A DNA stretch of 64,000 nucleotides from an uncultured virus (IMG/VR IMGVR_UViG_3300042554_003148) (taxonomy: Duplodnaviria; Heunggongvirae; Uroviricota; Caudoviricetes): the IMG/VR virus record IMGVR_UViG_3300042554_003148. One strand, given 5' to 3'. Of the stretch, positions 29,977 through 40,057 are shown in pieces; within the stretch, counting starts at the first letter, position 1; every line of letters starts with the position of its first letter. The notes beneath the pieces were generated by a model, which was not told the origin of the DNA, ran no database searches, and saw nothing but the letters and a program-made list of their open reading frames with translations. Both the position numbers and the translations under genes were made by a program.

Positions 29977-31841
29977 CTTATTCAGTACTACATTGTCATT
30001 CTCATTTTTCATTATTGGATGGCTTAAATAGACCAGAGCAAATTGCCACCAGATGTGCCAAACTGGGCATAAAATCATGCGCCTTAACAGATCATGGTAA
30101 TATTGCTGGATCGGTACAGTTTTATCAGAAAATGAGATCTAAGAATATTAAACCTATTCTTGGATGCGAATTATATATTTGTGAAGATGATCCATCAATA
30201 CAAACAAAAGAGAATGCTTCCTTGTCGCATTTTCTCGTACTTGCTAAAAATTTAAAAGGCTGGAAAACACTCATCAAAATAGTCTCGGAATCAAATAGGC
30301 CAGATTATTTTTACCATAAGCCAAGACTAAGTATCAAAAAATTATCAGAATTACTAGATGGTAACATAATAGGTGTTTGTGGTCATTTGGGATCGACCCT
30401 ATCGGATATTATCTTAAAAGATCAGGATAATAGTATTTCTAATGGTCTTTCTTTTATAGACAATATGAAAACTATATTCGGTGATAATAATTTTTATTTG
30501 GAAACACAATTATTCGATAAAGACTATCTAAAAGAACAAGTCTATTTAACAGAAACGATTAGGCGACTATCCGAATTAAGTAAAATTAAGGCAGTATCTA
30601 CTCCCGATGCTCATTATTGCGAACAAGACGACGCTATAGACCAAAGGATTCTTCTTTGCAATAATTTAAAAACAACACTATCTGATATTAATACTAAATT
30701 AATTAATAATCAAAGTATTCCTATGGAGTGCTTCTTTAAAAGTGATAAATATTATATCCTATCTCCAGAAGAGATGACGAACCTACATAGTCCACAGGAA
30801 ATAGAAAATACAATTTTTGTCGATAGCTTAATAGAAGAGTTCGACATCTTATCTGCTCCAAAATTGCCTAATTTTGATTGTCCAGAAAACTATGATCCTG
30901 ATGAATTTTTAAGGGAATTGTGTAGAGTTGGATGGAAAAATAAAATCATTCCAAATATTCCAAAGGATGATCATCAAGTTTATGTAGATAGAATAAAATA
31001 TGAGTTAGATATATTACAAGGTGCTAGTTTATCTAGTTATTTTTTAATTGTGCAAGATATAGTCAACCATGTTAGACATAATAACTGGCTACCTGGACCG
31101 GGCAGAGGAAGTGGGGCTGGGTGTCTGGTTTCTTACCTTGTTGGTATCACAGATATTGATCCCATGAAATATGATTTATTATTCGAAAGATTTTATAATG
31201 CTGGTAGAAATACTAAAGATAGAATCTCTATGCCAGATATTGATATAGATATTCCAATCGATAAACGCGAACAAGTATTAGAATACATAAAAAATAAATA
31301 TGGACACAGTAAAGTATCTCAAATGATTACTTTTAATACTATGAAAGGTAGAGGGGCACTAAAAGACGTATTGCGAGTATATGGTAATATTAGTTTCGAA
31401 GAGATGAATACTATTACTAAGTTTATTCCTGACGAAGCTAAGATAGCGGACGAGCTTCAAGAAATGAAAGAAGATACTGGAGAAGCATCTATTATCAGAT
31501 GGGCTCTAGAAAATAATACGGATAAACTAAAAGAATGGTGCTATATATCTGAAGAGGACGGGACTTTATCTGGGCCTCTATCTAAAAGATTTGAACAGGC
31601 AATAAGATTGGAGGGAACAAAATCTAATCAAAGCAAACATGCTGCTGGTGTAATAATAGGTACTCAAGACCTTGCGTCTTTATGCCCGATGGTCTATGAT
31701 AACAGAAATGATCAGCTTATCGCTGGCATGGAGATGAACGATCTAGAGAGTTTGGGTCTAATAAAATTTGACATATTGGGTATCGCATATTTGGATAAAA
31801 TTATGTCAGTATCAGAATATTTAAAACACGGAGAACTATAA
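29973..31841 (+). CDS. dnaE: DNA polymerase III alpha, N-terminal part (PHP, palm, thumb)
   Basis: HCHSHFSLLDG, LTDHG, GRGSGAG, LLFERF, PDIDID, SKHAAG and KFDILG, followed shortly by a stop. Confidence 0.93.
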   Translation: MTYSVLHCHSHFSLLDGLNRPEQIATRCAKLGIKSCALTDHGNIAGSVQFYQKMRSKNIKPILGCELYICEDDPSIQTKENASLSHFLVLAKNLKGWKTLIKIVSESNRPDYFYHKPRLSIKKLSELLDGNIIGVCGHLGSTLSDIILKDQDNSISNGLSFIDNMKTIFGDNNFYLETQLFDKDYLKEQVYLTETIRRLSELSKIKAVSTPDAHYCEQDDAIDQRILLCNNLKTTLSDINTKLINNQSIPMECFFKSDKYYILSPEEMTNLHSPQEIENTIFVDSLIEEFDILSAPKLPNFDCPENYDPDEFLRELCRVGWKNKIIPNIPKDDHQVYVDRIKYELDILQGASLSSYFLIVQDIVNHVRHNNWLPGPGRGSGAGCLVSYLVGITDIDPMKYDLLFERFYNAGRNTKDRISMPDIDIDIPIDKREQVLEYIKNKYGHSKVSQMITFNTMKGRGALKDVLRVYGNISFEEMNTITKFIPDEAKIADELQEMKEDTGEASIIRWALENNTDKLKEWCYISEEDGTLSGPLSKRFEQAIRLEGTKSNQSKHAAGVIIGTQDLASLCPMVYDNRNDQLIAGMEMNDLESLGLIKFDILGIAYLDKIMSVSEYLKHGEL

Positions 31842-32024
31842 ATGCTAACAAAAACTTTAGATCAAGTTGCTGCTGGCGAAATATTCAAGGTTAATAATAT
31901 TAACTATGTCAAAATCGCCGAGGTTCGTGTCAGTTGTTGCAGAACCGTGAACTGTCACGTTCTAGAAGATAGTAATCAAAGGACTTTTTTCCCAGGAAAC
32001 ACAGTTGTGGAGACTAATGGCTAA
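31842..32024 (+). CDS. small beta-rich protein between the dnaE halves
   Basis: 60 aa; GGAG RBS; abuts the dnaE-N stop and overlaps the exonuclease start. Confidence 0.65.
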   Translation: MLTKTLDQVAAGEIFKVNNINYVKIAEVRVSCCRTVNCHVLEDSNQRTFFPGNTVVETNG

Positions 32025-32718
32025 TTTACAAAAAATTTGTGTATTCGATTTAGAAACGGACGGGGCTAATCCCGATATTTGTAGCCCCGTTCAAATCGCT
32101 GCTGTTATTATCGATCCTTATAAATTAGAAATAATCAAAGATTCAGAATTTAATATCAATCTAAAGCCCCAAGCAATACAAGATAATCCAGAATATATAT
32201 ATGATGATTCAGATGTTCTGGATTTTCATGCCAAAGTTAGAGGATGTGATAAAACAAAAATCTTAGAAGATTGGAGATCTTTCCAGAAACAAGACAGTGG
32301 ATGGAAAATGTTTGTATCATATTTGGAAAAATATCATATAAGATCTGATAAAAAATCTTGCTTTACAGCTCCTATTGCTGCTGGCTATAATATTAATAGA
32401 TTCGATCTAAGAATTATAGATAGATTAAGCATAAAATATAATAATGTCAATAAGGAGGGACGAACATCTCTATTTTATCCACGAGATGTTATTGACTTAA
32501 TGAACGTTATTTTTTATTGGTTTGAAGGTAATAATGAGCTTAAAAACTATACACTTGATAATGTTAGAGAATATTTAGGATTAGGAAATAGTGGCTCTCA
32601 TGATGCTCTAAATGATGTTAGGGCAACAGCTGATATTTTGATAAGGTTTATGAAATTACATAGAAATTTATCGAATAAGGTAAAATTCAGAAACGCCTTT
32701 GCTCTTGCAAAAAATTGA
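32017..32718 (+). CDS. dnaQ: DEDDh 3'-5' exonuclease (epsilon/DnaQ-like)
   Basis: ExoI FDLETDG, ExoII GYNINRFD, ExoIII HDALND; GGAG RBS before ATG 32017. Confidence 0.88.
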   Translation: MANLQKICVFDLETDGANPDICSPVQIAAVIIDPYKLEIIKDSEFNINLKPQAIQDNPEYIYDDSDVLDFHAKVRGCDKTKILEDWRSFQKQDSGWKMFVSYLEKYHIRSDKKSCFTAPIAAGYNINRFDLRIIDRLSIKYNNVNKEGRTSLFYPRDVIDLMNVIFYWFEGNNELKNYTLDNVREYLGLGNSGSHDALNDVRATADILIRFMKLHRNLSNKVKFRNAFALAKN

Positions 32719-32719
32719 A

Positions 32720-34333
32720 ATGACTCAATATTTTACTTTTGATTGTGGATGTAAGTTCAAGGTTTTGGAATATACCTCAGAAGGAATTCCAAAAATAGAA
32801 TTTACAGGTAAGTTGAGCGATCTTAATCTTGATTGTTCAAAAACATGGTCTATGATCGGAGATGGTAATACCAAGGGTGTATTTCAACTAGAATCAAGGT
32901 TAGGTTCTAGTATGGCTAAAAAATTAAAACCAGAGAATATAGAACAACTATCTGCCCTAATTAGTATTATGAGGCCAGGATCTTTGGAAGCTTATAGAGA
33001 TGGTAAAAGTATTAGTCATCATTATATAGACAAAAAGAATGGTCAAGAAAGCTTAGACTATTTTCACCCATCCCTTGAGCCATCATTAAAATCAACCTAT
33101 GGAGAGATGATATATCAAGAACAGGCCATGCAAATCGCGCAAGCGGTGGCTGGTTTTGATCTACAAGAGGCAGATATGCTGCGTAAAGCAATTGGCAAAA
33201 AGAAGCCAGAAGAAATGGCTAAGATCAGGGTAAAGTTTAAGGATGGTGCTAAAAAACTGAATATAGTCAACGACGAAGAAATAGACGAAATATTTAGTTG
33301 GATTGAAAAAAGTCAAAGATATTCTTTTAACAAAAGCCACGCTGTGTCATATGCTATGAATGCATATTCTTCGGCTTATGCAAAAGCTCATTTTGCTAAA
33401 GTATTTTTTGCATCATACCTTAAATTTGCAAAAGATAAAATGGATCCTCAAAAAGAAATAAAAGAACTAATACGTAATGCAACAGAAATGGATGTGATTG
33501 TATGTGTTCCTGATGTAAGAAAGCTTAATAAGCATTTTACTATTAGCGATGATAAAATATATTTTGGTCTTACCGATATTAAGGGTGTCGGTTATTCTGT
33601 TTATGATAAATTATTAACTATTATTAAAGACTTAGATATAAATAATATATCTTGGAATACATGTTTAGTTAAAGTTTTAACAAAAATTAATTCCACAGCA
33701 GCTAAAGCATTAATATCATGTGGCGCTTTAGATCATCATAATATCACCCGTACAAAAATGTTATTTGAATACGATATAATATCTGAATTAACTTCTAGAG
33801 AATTAGATCTATTAGACTTGGAAAAGTCGTCTATTGCACAATCTTTACATGGTTTATTGACACAAAATAAAATTAATATTAAGCGAAAAAGTAGCATACA
33901 AAATCTTATCAATTTATATAACAATCCGCCATATTCATTAGATGATAAAATAGAATGGCTATCTGATACAGAAAATGCTTTATTAGGGGCCTCTATAACT
34001 TGTTTTAAGATAGATTCTTATGATATTAGTATGACAAATTGTGATTGTAAAGCTTTCAAGACTACCAACGCATCAAAAAATATTATTTTAGCAGGAGAAA
34101 TTAGTTCCATCAACTTTGTCAAAACAAAAAACGGCAAAAATCCTGGGGCTGAAATGGCCTTTGTCACAATAGAGGATCAATTTGCATCACTAGACTCAGT
34201 AATATTATTTCCTGAGCAATTATCAAAATATCGTAACTATCTATTCGATGGTAATGTACTAATATTCTTAGGTAATAAAAGTTCTAAAAAAGATTCTTTT
34301 ATAGTGGAGAAATGTTTTATACCAAGATCTTGA
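32720..34333 (+). CDS. dnaE: DNA polymerase III alpha, C-terminal part (fingers, HhH, OB fold)
   Basis: GVFQLES, SIMRPG, TYGEMIYQEQ, ADMLRKAIGKK, YSFNKSHA, GLTDIKGVG and MAFVTIED. Confidence 0.93.
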   Translation: MTQYFTFDCGCKFKVLEYTSEGIPKIEFTGKLSDLNLDCSKTWSMIGDGNTKGVFQLESRLGSSMAKKLKPENIEQLSALISIMRPGSLEAYRDGKSISHHYIDKKNGQESLDYFHPSLEPSLKSTYGEMIYQEQAMQIAQAVAGFDLQEADMLRKAIGKKKPEEMAKIRVKFKDGAKKLNIVNDEEIDEIFSWIEKSQRYSFNKSHAVSYAMNAYSSAYAKAHFAKVFFASYLKFAKDKMDPQKEIKELIRNATEMDVIVCVPDVRKLNKHFTISDDKIYFGLTDIKGVGYSVYDKLLTIIKDLDINNISWNTCLVKVLTKINSTAAKALISCGALDHHNITRTKMLFEYDIISELTSRELDLLDLEKSSIAQSLHGLLTQNKINIKRKSSIQNLINLYNNPPYSLDDKIEWLSDTENALLGASITCFKIDSYDISMTNCDCKAFKTTNASKNIILAGEISSINFVKTKNGKNPGAEMAFVTIEDQFASLDSVILFPEQLSKYRNYLFDGNVLIFLGNKSSKKDSFIVEKCFIPRS

Positions 34334-34357
34334 CAATCGACGCCGTCTTGGTATAAT
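34330..34357 (+). promoter_or_regulatory. consensus sigma70 promoter with extended -10, driving ssb
   Basis: TTGACA 34330-34335, 16-nt spacer, TGg-TATAAT with the hexamer at 34352-34357. Confidence 0.8.
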
Positions 34358-34396
34358 ATGTATAGTTGTGGCGTTTTTAACTTTAGGAGTTTGATT

Positions 34397-34765
34397 ATGA
34401 ATATCACTTTGTTGAAGGGTAATTTAGCACGAGATCCGGAACTACGCGTTGTTAATCCTAATGGAAAGCAAACAAGCGTTGTCAACTTTACTATTGCTGT
34501 TAACAGAGATTATGTTAAGGCTAATGGAGAAAAAGACAGGATCACATCTTTTATTAACTGCGAGGCATGGGATAGCGGCGCCGAAACTATTGCTGAGTCC
34601 TTGAAGAAGGGCGACTTGGTGATGGTTGAAGGCTCCTTAAGAAATGACACATGGGAAAAAGATGGTGTTAAGCATAGTAGTCTAAAGGTTAGAGTTAATA
34701 ACTTTTCTAAGATTACCAAGTTGAGCAGAATTAAGTCGGAAGAGTCCGAAACTGTTGCTTTCTGA
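34397..34765 (+). CDS. ssb: single-stranded DNA-binding protein
   Basis: AGGAG RBS; GNLARDPELR, NFTIAVNR, KKGDLVMVEGSLR and acidic ..ETVAF tail. Confidence 0.95.
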   Translation: MNITLLKGNLARDPELRVVNPNGKQTSVVNFTIAVNRDYVKANGEKDRITSFINCEAWDSGAETIAESLKKGDLVMVEGSLRNDTWEKDGVKHSSLKVRVNNFSKITKLSRIKSEESETVAF

Positions 34766-34782
34766 AACCAAATAGGAAATAT

Positions 34783-34819
34783 ATAGAATATTGGGGGTGA
34801 AATATCCCCCTTATTCTAT
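34783..34819 (+). terminator. stem-loop after ssb (terminator/attenuator candidate)
   Basis: ATAGAATA-TT-GGGGG / loop TGAAATAT / CCCCC-T-TATTCTAT; ends 5 nt before ATG 34825. Confidence 0.6.
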
Positions 34820-34824
34820 TATAT

Positions 34825-36471
34825 ATGGAAAAATCTAAACTAAAGATATTGATGTGTTCCGAAGCAAGTTTTATTAATTCTGGCTTTGGAAAATATGCAT
34901 ATGAAATTTTATCTAGATGGCATAAAACAAATAAGTATATAGTTGCAGAGTTTGCTTCTTATGGTATGGTTAATGATCCAAGAGATAAGAACATAGATTG
35001 GATATATTATGCCAATGCTGTTAGAGATAGTGATCCTAGATATAAAGAGTATATGTCTAGAACAGATAATCAGTTTGGTCGATGGAGATTTGAAAAAGTA
35101 TTATTAGATTTTAAACCAGATGTTGTTGTTGATGTTAGAGATTTTTGGATGACAGGATATCAATCCATATCCCCATTACGAAGTTATTTTCATCATATTT
35201 TGATGCCAACTGTAGATTCAGCACCACAACAAGAAGAATGGATCGATATATTTTTATCTACAGATGCCATCTTTACATATAGCGATTGGGGGGCAAAAGT
35301 TCTAAAAGAACAAACAAACAATAAAATAAAATATATCAGCACAACAAGTCCAGGGGTCAATCTCGATATCTTTAATATAAAAGATACAAAGTCTTTACGA
35401 CGCCAATTTGGTATACCGGAGGATGCTTTTATTTTTGGGTCCGTAATGAGAAATCAAAAACGCAAGCTAATCCCTGAGCTGTTTAATTCGTTGCGTAAGA
35501 TATTATCCATACTTGAATCAGAGCAATCTAAACAAAAGATCTATCTATATTTACATACCACATATCCAGATATGGGATGGGATATACCAGAATTATTAAG
35601 TCAATATAATATAGCAAATAATGTTATATTCACTTATTTATGTAAAAATTGTCAAAATATAGAGCCTTCTGTTTTTAGTGGTGCTCAAAAAATTTGTAAT
35701 AAATGTTTGAACAAAAGCTCTCAATTTCCATCTGTGTCGAATGGAGTCTCTGATACTCAATTAAGCGACATATATAACATATTCGATATATATGTTCAAT
35801 ATGCTATTTGCGAAGGATTTGGTATGCCTCAAGTAGAAGCAGGCGCTTGCGGTATACCAATAGCCACAGTTAATTATAGTGCTATGGTAGATATTATAGA
35901 GAAATTGAATGCTTATAAAATTAATGTCAAAAGCTATTTCAAAGAAATAGAAACTAAAGCTATAAGAGTATATCCAGATAATGATGATCTTATTAAGATT
36001 ATTATAGAATATATGAACATGCCATTTCCAATTAGAAACAAAAAAAGATTAGAAACTAGACAACTTACAGAGAAATTTTATAATTGGGATAATATTACTA
36101 AATTATGGGAAAATTATTTTGATCAATTAGAATTTAGAGCAAACTGGTTATCTCCATTAGGTCAATTACAAAAACCACCAAAACCAAAAGATAATAAAGA
36201 AAATATTATTCAAATTATTAATATGTGTAATGATTATCTTAAAAACGCAGATTTATTATCATCATCTAAATTTTTAAGTATGTTACAGAGTGCTGATTAT
36301 GGATTCACATATGCTTCTCCAACACAAATATCTAACTATTCAATAGATAATGTATACGATTATGTTAATACGATGATTGATAATAATAATAGGTCCGAAG
36401 AAGCAAGAGCTAATACTCAATTTATTGAAGAAGACTTTGTGCAATATGCACATTTAAAGAGTAACACATGA
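34825..36471 (+). CDS. GT-B (GT4-like) glycosyltransferase with inserted Zn ribbon
   Basis: SGFGKY, RNQKRKL, YNIFDIYV, EGFGMPQVEAGACG; CKNC...CNKC insert. Confidence 0.88.
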   Translation: MEKSKLKILMCSEASFINSGFGKYAYEILSRWHKTNKYIVAEFASYGMVNDPRDKNIDWIYYANAVRDSDPRYKEYMSRTDNQFGRWRFEKVLLDFKPDVVVDVRDFWMTGYQSISPLRSYFHHILMPTVDSAPQQEEWIDIFLSTDAIFTYSDWGAKVLKEQTNNKIKYISTTSPGVNLDIFNIKDTKSLRRQFGIPEDAFIFGSVMRNQKRKLIPELFNSLRKILSILESEQSKQKIYLYLHTTYPDMGWDIPELLSQYNIANNVIFTYLCKNCQNIEPSVFSGAQKICNKCLNKSSQFPSVSNGVSDTQLSDIYNIFDIYVQYAICEGFGMPQVEAGACGIPIATVNYSAMVDIIEKLNAYKINVKSYFKEIETKAIRVYPDNDDLIKIIIEYMNMPFPIRNKKRLETRQLTEKFYNWDNITKLWENYFDQLEFRANWLSPLGQLQKPPKPKDNKENIIQIINMCNDYLKNADLLSSSKFLSMLQSADYGFTYASPTQISNYSIDNVYDYVNTMIDNNNRSEEARANTQFIEEDFVQYAHLKSNT

Positions 36472-37430
36472 ATATTTTATATATAGGACCGTATAGATTA
36501 GCTAATAATGCGGGTTTAGAATCAACTAATCTGCTATATAATCTTATGGAACTTGGTCATAATATTACAGCTAGATCCGTATTCGATGGAACAAATCCTA
36601 TTAAGGATAAAGAAATAATATCCGTGTTTGAAAATATAGAGCAAAATAAATATTCTAAATTTGATTTACTTATTCAGCATCTACCTATCTCAAGAATTGT
36701 AAAAACTTCAAAAATCAAGAATAATATCTACTGGCCGATACTAGACAATACGGGATTGTCTCCAATTGAAAAAAAGAAATGTGAATTAATAAGTCAAGAT
36801 GGACTGCTAATATATAGCACAAATTCCGATAAAACTATTTTGGGTACTTGTAATATATCTAATTTGATGAAACTAAATTATATAATTAATGATAAGCTAT
36901 TATCCAAAAATTCTAGTATATTTAATTTTGGTATCTATAATAGACATAAAAAATATTATACAATTGTCGATGCGACTATGGAATACACTATACAAAATCT
37001 GATTATTAATTTTGTGACAAAATTTCAGAACAAAGACTATTGTTTGGTAGTATTCTTACCAAATACGACTCAAAACTTATTAGATCAGTATCAGAAATAT
37101 ATAAAAGAGATATATACAATATTTGATATTAATTTTTCTATCAATAAAATTCTCATTGTGCCGATAGACCATAATGTAGATGCTCTAGTATCGGCGCATA
37201 AAACAGGAGATATCTATATTTCCTTAAAAGATAATATACAGACTATCTTATCGTCTAGTCTTGGTAAAAATATTATTTATTATAAATCAGAACCAATACT
37301 ATCATACGAAAAAAATAATCTTAAAAAATATGGAACTATAGAATATAAAGAAAAATTAGACTTGGATCAACCAAGTATAATAAAAAATATCGATAACCTA
37401 AAAGAGATTATAGGAAGATATGCTCAATAA
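36468..37430 (+). CDS. degenerate GT-B-like protein
   Basis: GT-like start MNILYIGPY...LMELGHNI and HKTGDIYIS, but no EGFG/EA motif. Confidence 0.55.
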   Translation: MNILYIGPYRLANNAGLESTNLLYNLMELGHNITARSVFDGTNPIKDKEIISVFENIEQNKYSKFDLLIQHLPISRIVKTSKIKNNIYWPILDNTGLSPIEKKKCELISQDGLLIYSTNSDKTILGTCNISNLMKLNYIINDKLLSKNSSIFNFGIYNRHKKYYTIVDATMEYTIQNLIINFVTKFQNKDYCLVVFLPNTTQNLLDQYQKYIKEIYTIFDINFSINKILIVPIDHNVDALVSAHKTGDIYISLKDNIQTILSSSLGKNIIYYKSEPILSYEKNNLKKYGTIEYKEKLDLDQPSIIKNIDNLKEIIGRYAQ

Positions 37431-38277
37431 TATAGCTACCAGTAATATCATTAGTAGTATTTTTAGTAAAAATACGCTATTATATAATGGTAAAAAAGAT
37501 TTATTTTTAACCACTTTATTACAGTGCGAGTCAATTAATATTATAGATTCGCCATCTCAACCATTTTCTATTTTACTCTCTGATAATCCGATAGATTATT
37601 CACAAACATCTATAAAAAATAGCTTAATGTATCATGTTAATAGTTTAATATTATTTCATAAAGAACCACCACAAGCTCTTAAAAAAGAAGATAAAGCAAT
37701 TCTTGACAAAAAATTAAAGAATTCTTACAGACTGTTTTTCTCAAAAGATATAGAGAAATCTTGGGGTTTAGCAACTATAGAAAAAAATATAAATATTGAA
37801 TATGGAGTCATAAGAATAGATGAAAAAGATAAAAATAAAAATGTATGCGTAGTTAATCTTAATAAAGATAATGGTATACAAAATTTATATCAACATATTA
37901 AAAATACTATTATCGATTGTGATCTAATAGATGCGCATACTGATGGTGATGAAGTATTAAAGATATTATCACAATATAAAATATGTATTATTCCACACGA
38001 TACATATGATGCATTATTAGCTGCTTCTTTCGGAGGACTGGTTTATACATCATCAAGTCAGATAGACAAATCCATAAGCAATATAGCATATATAAAAGAC
38101 TACAATACTATTAATGATCGGTTAAAAAACGATTTGAACCAATGGGATAATATAAATAGTTTATTAAAACAAAATCAGTCATACATACATGATAAATACA
38201 ATATAGACAAATTCTATAGCGAATTTAATAATATCTGTACTTCTATTTCTAGAAAAGCATTTACATATGAAACGTAA
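37420..38277 (+). CDS. degenerate GT-B-like protein
   Basis: ILSQYKICI...LLAASFG...YIHDKYNIDKF resembles a GT-B C-terminal domain without the catalytic Glu. Confidence 0.5.
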   Translation: MLNNIATSNIISSIFSKNTLLYNGKKDLFLTTLLQCESINIIDSPSQPFSILLSDNPIDYSQTSIKNSLMYHVNSLILFHKEPPQALKKEDKAILDKKLKNSYRLFFSKDIEKSWGLATIEKNINIEYGVIRIDEKDKNKNVCVVNLNKDNGIQNLYQHIKNTIIDCDLIDAHTDGDEVLKILSQYKICIIPHDTYDALLAASFGGLVYTSSSQIDKSISNIAYIKDYNTINDRLKNDLNQWDNINSLLKQNQSYIHDKYNIDKFYSEFNNICTSISRKAFTYET

Positions 38278-38674
38278 TCTAATTATAACAGTCGATTCTT
38301 CTATTAAACAAGATGGTTTTGTGCATATTAATCAAATATCTTCGATCATTAATTATTCCTGTGACTCTATCATTCTAGACTGTTTAGAATATCTGCAAGA
38401 AAAAGATCATGCCGTAGTATTTAATGTTCTACTAGAAAAATTAAGACCAACTGGCAGATTGGTTGTCTCGATAAGTAATGCTAAAGATATAGCCAATAAT
38501 TTTGTTAATGCAACAATATCATCCGGTGACTTTTTAAGATTTTTTATTAACAAACAGAGCCTATTAAGTATCGAATCTATATATACTTTTATTGATTTCA
38601 AACATTATGATATTTTAACACTAGATACCGATGACACATCTATAACTATAGTAATAGAAAGAAAAAATATATGA
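38267..38674 (+). CDS. truncated class I SAM-methyltransferase-like fold
   Basis: SCDSIILDCLEYL...LLEKLRPTGRLVV; no GxGxG motif I. Confidence 0.5.
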   Translation: MKRNLIITVDSSIKQDGFVHINQISSIINYSCDSIILDCLEYLQEKDHAVVFNVLLEKLRPTGRLVVSISNAKDIANNFVNATISSGDFLRFFINKQSLLSIESIYTFIDFKHYDILTLDTDDTSITIVIERKNI

Positions 38675-39396
38675 GCAATACCATATGCGAAAAATGTCTT
38701 TTTGCTCAGAATATTTCTAATCCTATGCCTTGTTCTTTTAGTATACCAAGTCTTATAAAAGATATCCATAATATTGTAGAAAAAAATAATTATTTTGTTA
38801 TTAATAACTACACATGTAGATATGGTTTTAGTAAAAATATTTATCAAGAAAATATCGATAAGTTTAATGATACAGATATGATGGAGTATGTTAAGCAACA
38901 AAATATTGTCAAATATTCCTTGGCTCTTATTACTAGTAATATAACATTTAAAGATACTATAGAAAACTTAAACGCTTTATCGATCAAACCGGAATATATC
39001 ACTATTATTTGTTATGGCAACGGCTACGACATACACGAGATGCTGCAACAAAAATTACCAAAATTCATAAAATATAAAGTTCATTCTTTTCTTGAGAATA
39101 TTCCTTCTCCAAAAGCATTACATGTTGCTCTAGAAACAAATAAAAACAAGACAGGAAATCTACTTTGGATTCTAGATGATGAAAGTATTGCTTATGTCTC
39201 CAAGTACGATAGTATACAGAATATTAACTATATGATAAATGTTGAGCAAAAATCTGCTCACTATTATAGATGTAATAAAATTGATTCTAGTTTTAATGGT
39301 ATTTTTATTAATACAGATAATTATTGGGCTCTTTCAAAAACACAAGACTACACAATAGAAAATAATCAAAATACTTTAGTTATAAACTATGATTGA
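38671..39396 (+). CDS. hypothetical protein (N-terminal Cys cluster, possible degenerate GT-A fold)
   Basis: CEKC...C...C, and LWILDDE resembling a DxD position. Confidence 0.5.
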   Translation: MSNTICEKCLFAQNISNPMPCSFSIPSLIKDIHNIVEKNNYFVINNYTCRYGFSKNIYQENIDKFNDTDMMEYVKQQNIVKYSLALITSNITFKDTIENLNALSIKPEYITIICYGNGYDIHEMLQQKLPKFIKYKVHSFLENIPSPKALHVALETNKNKTGNLLWILDDESIAYVSKYDSIQNINYMINVEQKSAHYYRCNKIDSSFNGIFINTDNYWALSKTQDYTIENNQNTLVINYD

Positions 39397-40057
39397 TATT
39401 CTTATTATTACTCCAGAAATTACAAAAGGCATGAAGTCTGTTGGCTCAAAGTGTTTATTACCATTAAGAAAAAATCTAAGCGTTATTGAGTATCAAATAG
39501 CGCAAGCGCAAAAAATAACAAAACAATCGCATATAACCATTAATATAGGGTTCGATTCTGAAAAAATTATATCCAAATTATATCGATATAGAACAATCAG
39601 ATATTTAGTAAATCATGACTATAACAATACGAATCAAGCTAAAAATCTATTATTATATATAGATCAATATAAACCTAAAAATTTATTAATTTTGAGTAGT
39701 GGATTATTATTAAAAGAAAATACAATAGAAAAGACTCATCTTCAAGCAGAATGTAAAATATTTATGTTACATAAACATAAAAACAATTTTTCTATAGGAT
39801 CTTCTATGTCTAAAAATTTAGAGTATTTATTTTTTGATATGGATGAACCATGGACAGAGATTGTATATTTGAATGAAGATGCGATTAATATTCTATCTAC
39901 TTGCGATAGAAATATATTTAAACAAATGTATCTTTTCGAAGTAATAAATTTTTTACTAAGTAAAAATATAAAGTTCACAAAAGTTTATATTAATAAAGGC
40001 AGTATTATGAAAATTAATAACTATAAAGATCTTGATAAAGCGAAAGTATTTATATGA
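39389..40057 (+). CDS. nucleotidyltransferase-like (LicC/GlmU fold), degenerate
   Basis: MKSVGSKCLL, IEYQI, NHDYNNTN, YLFEVIN and KINNYKDLDKA; the GxGxR signature is replaced by TPEITKG. Confidence 0.65.
   Translation: MIDILIITPEITKGMKSVGSKCLLPLRKNLSVIEYQIAQAQKITKQSHITINIGFDSEKIISKLYRYRTIRYLVNHDYNNTNQAKNLLLYIDQYKPKNLLILSSGLLLKENTIEKTHLQAECKIFMLHKHKNNFSIGSSMSKNLEYLFFDMDEPWTEIVYLNEDAINILSTCDRNIFKQMYLFEVINFLLSKNIKFTKVYINKGSIMKINNYKDLDKAKVFI

Noticed and set aside
31780..32760. Split intein or intron joining the dnaE halves
   Set aside because: DnaE-N has no Cys/Ser-starting N-intein, DnaE-C has no HN-C/S/T C-intein, and the interval is fully occupied by two ordinary ORFs.
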